Part shown: positions 30,063 through 33,185 of the stretch, in pieces
Layout: each line of letters starts with the position of its first letter
Position numbering within the stretch: the first letter of the stretch is position 1
Source of the DNA: Elusimicrobiota bacterium
GTDB taxonomy: Bacteria > Elusimicrobiota > Elusimicrobia > FEN-1173
Length of the DNA: 33,185 nt
Reading direction: 5' to 3'
Assembly: GCA_035332125.1 (NCBI GenBank)
Contig: DAOQNO010000001.1
Span: 1 to 33,185, forward strand
Position numbers and translations under genes: made by a program
The notes under the pieces: model-generated
Database searches by the model: none
Told to the model about the DNA's origin: nothing
Seen by the model: only the letters and a program-made list of their open reading frames with translations

Positions 30063-30587
30063 GTGATTCTGCGTTGCGACCTTCATCTCAACGGCGGTCA
30101 CCGCAAGCTGATCCTCTCCCCCCACGCCGATGAGACCGTGGACCACCTGGCCCTTAAATTGTCGGCCTTCCTCCTGCTCTGGGGCGAGGAACCCCAGGTG
30201 GATCCCTCGGCGAAGCATCCCGCCCTGTTGGGCCAGGAATTTCGCCCGGATTTGCTGGCCCTGAACGAGCGGGGCGAAGCGCGTCTCTGGATCGAGTGCG
30301 GGAAGGTGTCCCTCAACAAACTTTCCAAGGTGTCCCGCCGGTTTCCCTACGCTCAAATCATCGTGGTCAAGGAGTCTCCGGAGGACGGTCGCCGGCTTCG
30401 CCGGGATTTGGCCCAGGAATCCCTCCGCCGGACCGTGGACATCTGGACCTGGCCCGCGGAGGCCTTTCGAGAGTGGCGAAACGCCCTGGGCGAGCGAATC
30501 GAGGTTTTTGGGGAGAGCGGCGTCCGGTCCTTAAACCTCGTCATCAACGAAACCCCGATTGCGGTGGACCTCCAAGTCGTGGAATAG
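30063..30587 (+). CDS. YaeQ-like (PD-(D/E)XK-fold) family protein
   Basis: The length and motif order resemble YaeQ: ...HADETVDHLALKLSAFLLLWGEE...RPDLLALNERGEARLWIECGKVSLNKLSKVSRRF..AQIIVV. The assignment is from memory, so it is only moderately secure. Confidence 0.5.
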   Translation: MILRCDLHLNGGHRKLILSPHADETVDHLALKLSAFLLLWGEEPQVDPSAKHPALLGQEFRPDLLALNERGEARLWIECGKVSLNKLSKVSRRFPYAQIIVVKESPEDGRRLRRDLAQESLRRTVDIWTWPAEAFREWRNALGERIEVFGESGVRSLNLVINETPIAVDLQVVE

Positions 30588-30674
30588 GGGCGAAATCGAA
30601 TCGGCCGGCGCGGAGGAAAGCCCCGGCCTCCCATTCGCGCGTCGGGGCCGCGTCTGGGAAAATCCCGACGAGAA

Positions 30675-30683
30675 TGGTAAAAT
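30675..30683 (+). promoter_or_regulatory. Candidate extended -10 promoter element (TGgTAAAAT) immediately upstream of the Mrp/ApbC gene
   Basis: TG (30675-30676) plus TAAAAT (30678-30683) ends 7 nt before ATG 30691. No SD is visible in between, so the transcript could be leaderless. The -35 (TGGGAA, 30655-30660) is weak. Confidence 0.25.
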
Positions 30684-30690
30684 ATCGATT

Positions 30691-31878
30691 ATGAGCCAAC
30701 CCTCACCGGAATCCCTCGCCGCGCGACGCGGCCCCAAAGAGCGACGCCCCGGCCCCGACACGCTGTCCAAGATCGGCAACGTCATCGCCGTGGGAAGCGG
30801 CAAGGGCGGCGTGGGGAAATCCACCGTGACCGCCAATTTGGCGGTGGCCCTCACAAAGCTCGGCGCCCGGGTGGGAATCCTGGACGCGGACATCTACGGG
30901 CCCAGTCAACCCCGTTTGCTGGGCGCGCCTCTGGACCGTCCCCCGGCCCAGGACGGCCAGATCACCCCCACCGTCCGCCACGGCATTCCCCTCATGTCCA
31001 TCGGCTTCATCGTGCCGGAAGGCTCGCCGGTCATCTGGCGGGCGCCCATGGCGCTCAAGGCCCTGGCCCAATTTTTGGGGAACGTGGAATGGGGCGAATT
31101 GGATTACCTTTTGATCGACATGCCCCCGGGCACCGGCGACGTCCAATTGTCGCTGGCCCAGCAGGCGCCCCTCACGGGGTGCGTCGTCGTGACGACGCCC
31201 CAGGACGTGGCCCTGGGCGTGGCCCGCAAGGGCCTTCGAATGTTTGAGCAGGTGAAAGTGCCGGTCCTGGGCATCGTGGAGAACATGAGCGGGTTCGTCT
31301 GCGAAAAATGCGGCCACGACCACAAATTATTCAAAAAAGCCGGGGGGGAAACCCTGGCCCGGGAGACCGGCGTGCCGTTGTTGGGCGCGGTGCCCCTGGA
31401 GATCGCCGTCATGGAAGGGGGAGACGCCGGGGAGCCGATTTTGCTGCGCACCGACCAATCCCCCGCCGCCAAGACGTTTCTCGAGATCGCCCGGCGCCTC
31501 GAGGCGGAAGTGGCTCGACAAAACGCCGGAACCTCCGCCGAGGAACCGACCCAGGCCAAAATCGGCCCGGCGGGCGAATTAAAGTTGACCTGGCCCGACG
31601 GCCACGAGGGGTCCTACGCCGCCTGGACCCTGCGGGGCCGATGCCCCTGCGCCCAGTGCGTGGACGAGGACACCGGCCGCCGGGTCCTGGATCCGAAGCG
31701 CGTTCCCCTGGACATCCGGATCACCGGCGTTCAACCCGTCGGCCGTTACGGCCTGGGGTTGGCCTTCACCGACGGCCACAACACGGGCATCTACAAATTC
31801 GCCGATTTCCCGGCCCTCTGCGAATGCCCGGCCTGCCTGGCCCGTCGGGGCAAACCGGCCGAAACTTTTTCCGTTTGA
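30691..31878 (+). CDS. apbC: Mrp/NBP35/ApbC-family Fe-S cluster carrier ATPase fused to a C-terminal DUF971 domain
   Basis: It has a deviant Walker A (AVGSGKGGVGKST), the motifs DYLLIDMPPGTGD and VVVTTPQDVAL, and the cluster-ligand motif CEKCGH (CxxC). The C-terminal LKLTWPDGHEGSYAAWTLRGRCPCAQCVDEDTGRRVLDP...GLGLAFTDGHNTGIYKF matches the DUF971 pattern. There is no N-terminal DUF59. The ORF's maximal start, 30559, overlaps the YaeQ-like gene. Confidence 0.88.
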   Translation: MSQPSPESLAARRGPKERRPGPDTLSKIGNVIAVGSGKGGVGKSTVTANLAVALTKLGARVGILDADIYGPSQPRLLGAPLDRPPAQDGQITPTVRHGIPLMSIGFIVPEGSPVIWRAPMALKALAQFLGNVEWGELDYLLIDMPPGTGDVQLSLAQQAPLTGCVVVTTPQDVALGVARKGLRMFEQVKVPVLGIVENMSGFVCEKCGHDHKLFKKAGGETLARETGVPLLGAVPLEIAVMEGGDAGEPILLRTDQSPAAKTFLEIARRLEAEVARQNAGTSAEEPTQAKIGPAGELKLTWPDGHEGSYAAWTLRGRCPCAQCVDEDTGRRVLDPKRVPLDIRITGVQPVGRYGLGLAFTDGHNTGIYKFADFPALCECPACLARRGKPAETFSV

Positions 31879-32489
31879 GCGCCGTCCGCATCACCGCCGC
31901 GGTGTCGCCGTCGGACCCGCGGGTGTGCGCCTTCACCCTCGATCGCTCCGTCTCCGACCGTTCCGTCGTGTGCCGCGCCGCCGCCCAGGCGGCGGGGTCC
32001 CCCCTCTTTGAGGAATTGTTCAAACTGCCCGGGGTCGTGCAGGTGTGGGCCGACGGCCCGCGGGTGACCGTGGCCCGGGGCGAGGACACCGACTGGAAAT
32101 CCTTCGCGGGCGCGGTGGGCGCGGCCTTGCGGTCGGCGCTCCAAAGCGCCCGGCCGCCGGTGGCGGCCGCCGTCCCGGCCAACGCGACCGGCGGGGATCT
32201 GGCGGCCGACGTGGAGCGGGTGCTGGCGGAAGAAATCAATCCCTCCCTGGCGGGCCACGGCGGCCGAGCGGAATTGGACGGGTTGGAGGGTCGGGTGGCA
32301 CGGATCCGTTTTGTGGGCGGTTGTCAGGGGTGCGGGGCCGCCCAATTGACCCTGGCCCACGGCGTGCGCCGAACGCTTCTGGACCGGCTTCCGGCGCTTT
32401 CCGACGTTCGGGACGTCACCGACCACGCGGCGGGCCAACGGCCTTATTATCCTTCCGGGGCCTCGGGCGCCAGCCCCTTTCCCTCCTAG
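31875..32489 (+). CDS. Nfu/NifU-C-terminal-domain Fe-S cluster scaffold/carrier protein
   Basis: The C-terminal NifU-like motif is EEINPSLAGHGGRAELDGLEGRVARIRFVGGCQGCGAAQLTL...LPALSDVRDVTDH (CxxC). There is an Nfu_N-like N-domain. TTG 31875 overlaps the apbC TGA as TTGA. The upstream 189 codons of the listed ORF (31308-31874) are an off-frame shadow of apbC. Confidence 0.75.
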   Translation: MSAVRITAAVSPSDPRVCAFTLDRSVSDRSVVCRAAAQAAGSPLFEELFKLPGVVQVWADGPRVTVARGEDTDWKSFAGAVGAALRSALQSARPPVAAAVPANATGGDLAADVERVLAEEINPSLAGHGGRAELDGLEGRVARIRFVGGCQGCGAAQLTLAHGVRRTLLDRLPALSDVRDVTDHAAGQRPYYPSGASGASPFPS

Positions 32490-32504
32490 CCCGAGCCTCG
32501 CCCC

Positions 32505-33185
32505 ATGACCCGGGTGGATTTCGTTTCTTTTGATCCCCGGCGGCCCGGTTGGAATTATTCCTTTCGGAATCCCCGGGCGTCCCGAACGGCCCGGCGCCCC
32601 GAAGACGTGGAAGGCCTTCTTCAATGGGCCGAGGACCAACGGAAAAGCGGTTGTTGGGTGGCATTGGCCCTGGCTTACGAAGCCGCCCGGGCGTTGAACC
32701 CCGAACTTCCCGCCGGGCGCTCCGGGCCGGAGCCCCTGGCCTGGGCCGCCGCCTTCCCGCGTCCCACCGCCGCGGTTCGTCCCCCTCGACGGCGTTTTTC
32801 CCACACTCCCTGGCGGCCGGCCCTCAAAGCGTCGACCCACCATCGATCGATTGCCCGCATCAAGTCTTGGATCGCCCGGGGCGACACGTATCAGGTGAAC
32901 CACACGTTCCCTTTGACTTCCCGTTTTTCGGGCGACGCCCGAAGCTGGTTTTGGTCCCTGGGTCCCGCCCAGGGGGCACCCTACGCCGCCTTCATCGACG
33001 CGGGACGGTGGAAGTGGCTCAGTCTTTCCCCGGAGTTGTTTTTTGAAAAAAAAGGCTCCCGCGTGGTTCTGCGTCCCATGAAGGGGTCGGCCCCCCGGGG
33101 GCGTTGGCCCGCCGAGGACGACGCCTTCGCCGAGCGCCTCGCGCGAAGCCCCAAGGACCGGGCCGAAAACCTGATGATCGTGGAC
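32505..33185 (+). CDS. pabB: Aminodeoxychorismate synthase component I / chorismate-binding enzyme (N-terminal part, runs off the window)
   Basis: This ORF is absent from the supplied track because it has no stop. Manual translation from ATG 32505 stays open to 33185 (227 codons). It contains IKSWIARGDTYQVNHTF, APYAAFIDAGRWKWLSLSPELFF, LRPMKGSAPRG and SPKDRAENLMIVD, which are typical PabB/TrpE-family motifs. PabB versus another chorismate-utilising paralogue cannot be settled from this fragment. Confidence 0.75.
   Translation, partial: MTRVDFVSFDPRRPGWNYSFRNPRASRTARRPEDVEGLLQWAEDQRKSGCWVALALAYEAARALNPELPAGRSGPEPLAWAAAFPRPTAAVRPPRRRFSHTPWRPALKASTHHRSIARIKSWIARGDTYQVNHTFPLTSRFSGDARSWFWSLGPAQGAPYAAFIDAGRWKWLSLSPELFFEKKGSRVVLRPMKGSAPRGRWPAEDDAFAERLARSPKDRAENLMIVD

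Noticed and set aside
3742-30690. Maximal-ORF start codons from the track (3742, 13561, 23168, 24757, 25442, 28010, 30559)
   Set aside because: Each would create long overlaps with the upstream gene or add Arg-rich, non-signal N-termini. Downstream starts (3784, 13597, 23234, 24844, 25571, 28070, 30691) sit behind SD-like sequences or on coupling overlaps, and they expose canonical signal peptides or domain starts.
31308-31874. N-terminal 189 codons of ORF 31308..32489, which would make a 393-aa Nfu-like protein
   Set aside because: That segment is an Arg/Gly/Pro-rich alternative frame of the apbC gene. Recognisable Nfu sequence begins only after the apbC stop, and TTG 31875 (TTGA overlap) is the sensible start.
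1-33185. CRISPR arrays, tRNA/rRNA genes, IS elements/transposases, integrases, toxin-antitoxin or defence-system genes
   Set aside because: None were seen. There are no spaced direct nucleotide repeats and no cloverleaf-like intergenic sequences (the intergenic space is tiny apart from 1441-1570 and 22805-23233). There are no transposase or recombinase-like ORFs.

Overview
GC-rich bacterial window with 22 credible protein genes, all on the + strand. Many have 4-14 nt start/stop overlaps. I found no rRNA, tRNA, CRISPR array or IS element. The many long antisense and off-frame ORFs are Arg/Gly/Pro-rich GC shadows. Three blocks are visible. (A) 1571-22804 is a tightly coupled glycan locus. It encodes an exported glucoamylase-like (DUF3131/GH144-type) hydrolase and a LacI-family sensor domain that lacks its HTH. 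It also encodes several exported proteins built from one CBM-like beta-sandwich module, two outer-membrane beta-barrels, and a CUT1 ABC importer whose solute-binding protein is fused to a permease. The last gene encodes a 2,677-aa protein with five exported repeats, a polytopic membrane block of about 800 aa, and a GH94 phosphorylase. I see no GT84 synthase domain in it. A strong intrinsic terminator closes this block. (B) 23234-29260 follows an AT-rich palindrome-bearing control region. It encodes a small secreted subunit, two paralogous two-domain Ig-like proteins, and a larger paralogue with a T9SS-like C-terminal domain. A PorV/PorQ-like barrel and another 2xCBM-like protein complete it, so it may be a surface-fibre or adhesin assembly module. 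(C) 29270-33185 is housekeeping: xth, a YaeQ-like protein, a Mrp/ApbC-DUF971 fusion, an Nfu-type protein and partial pabB. All domain names come from motif recognition by eye, because no searches could be run.
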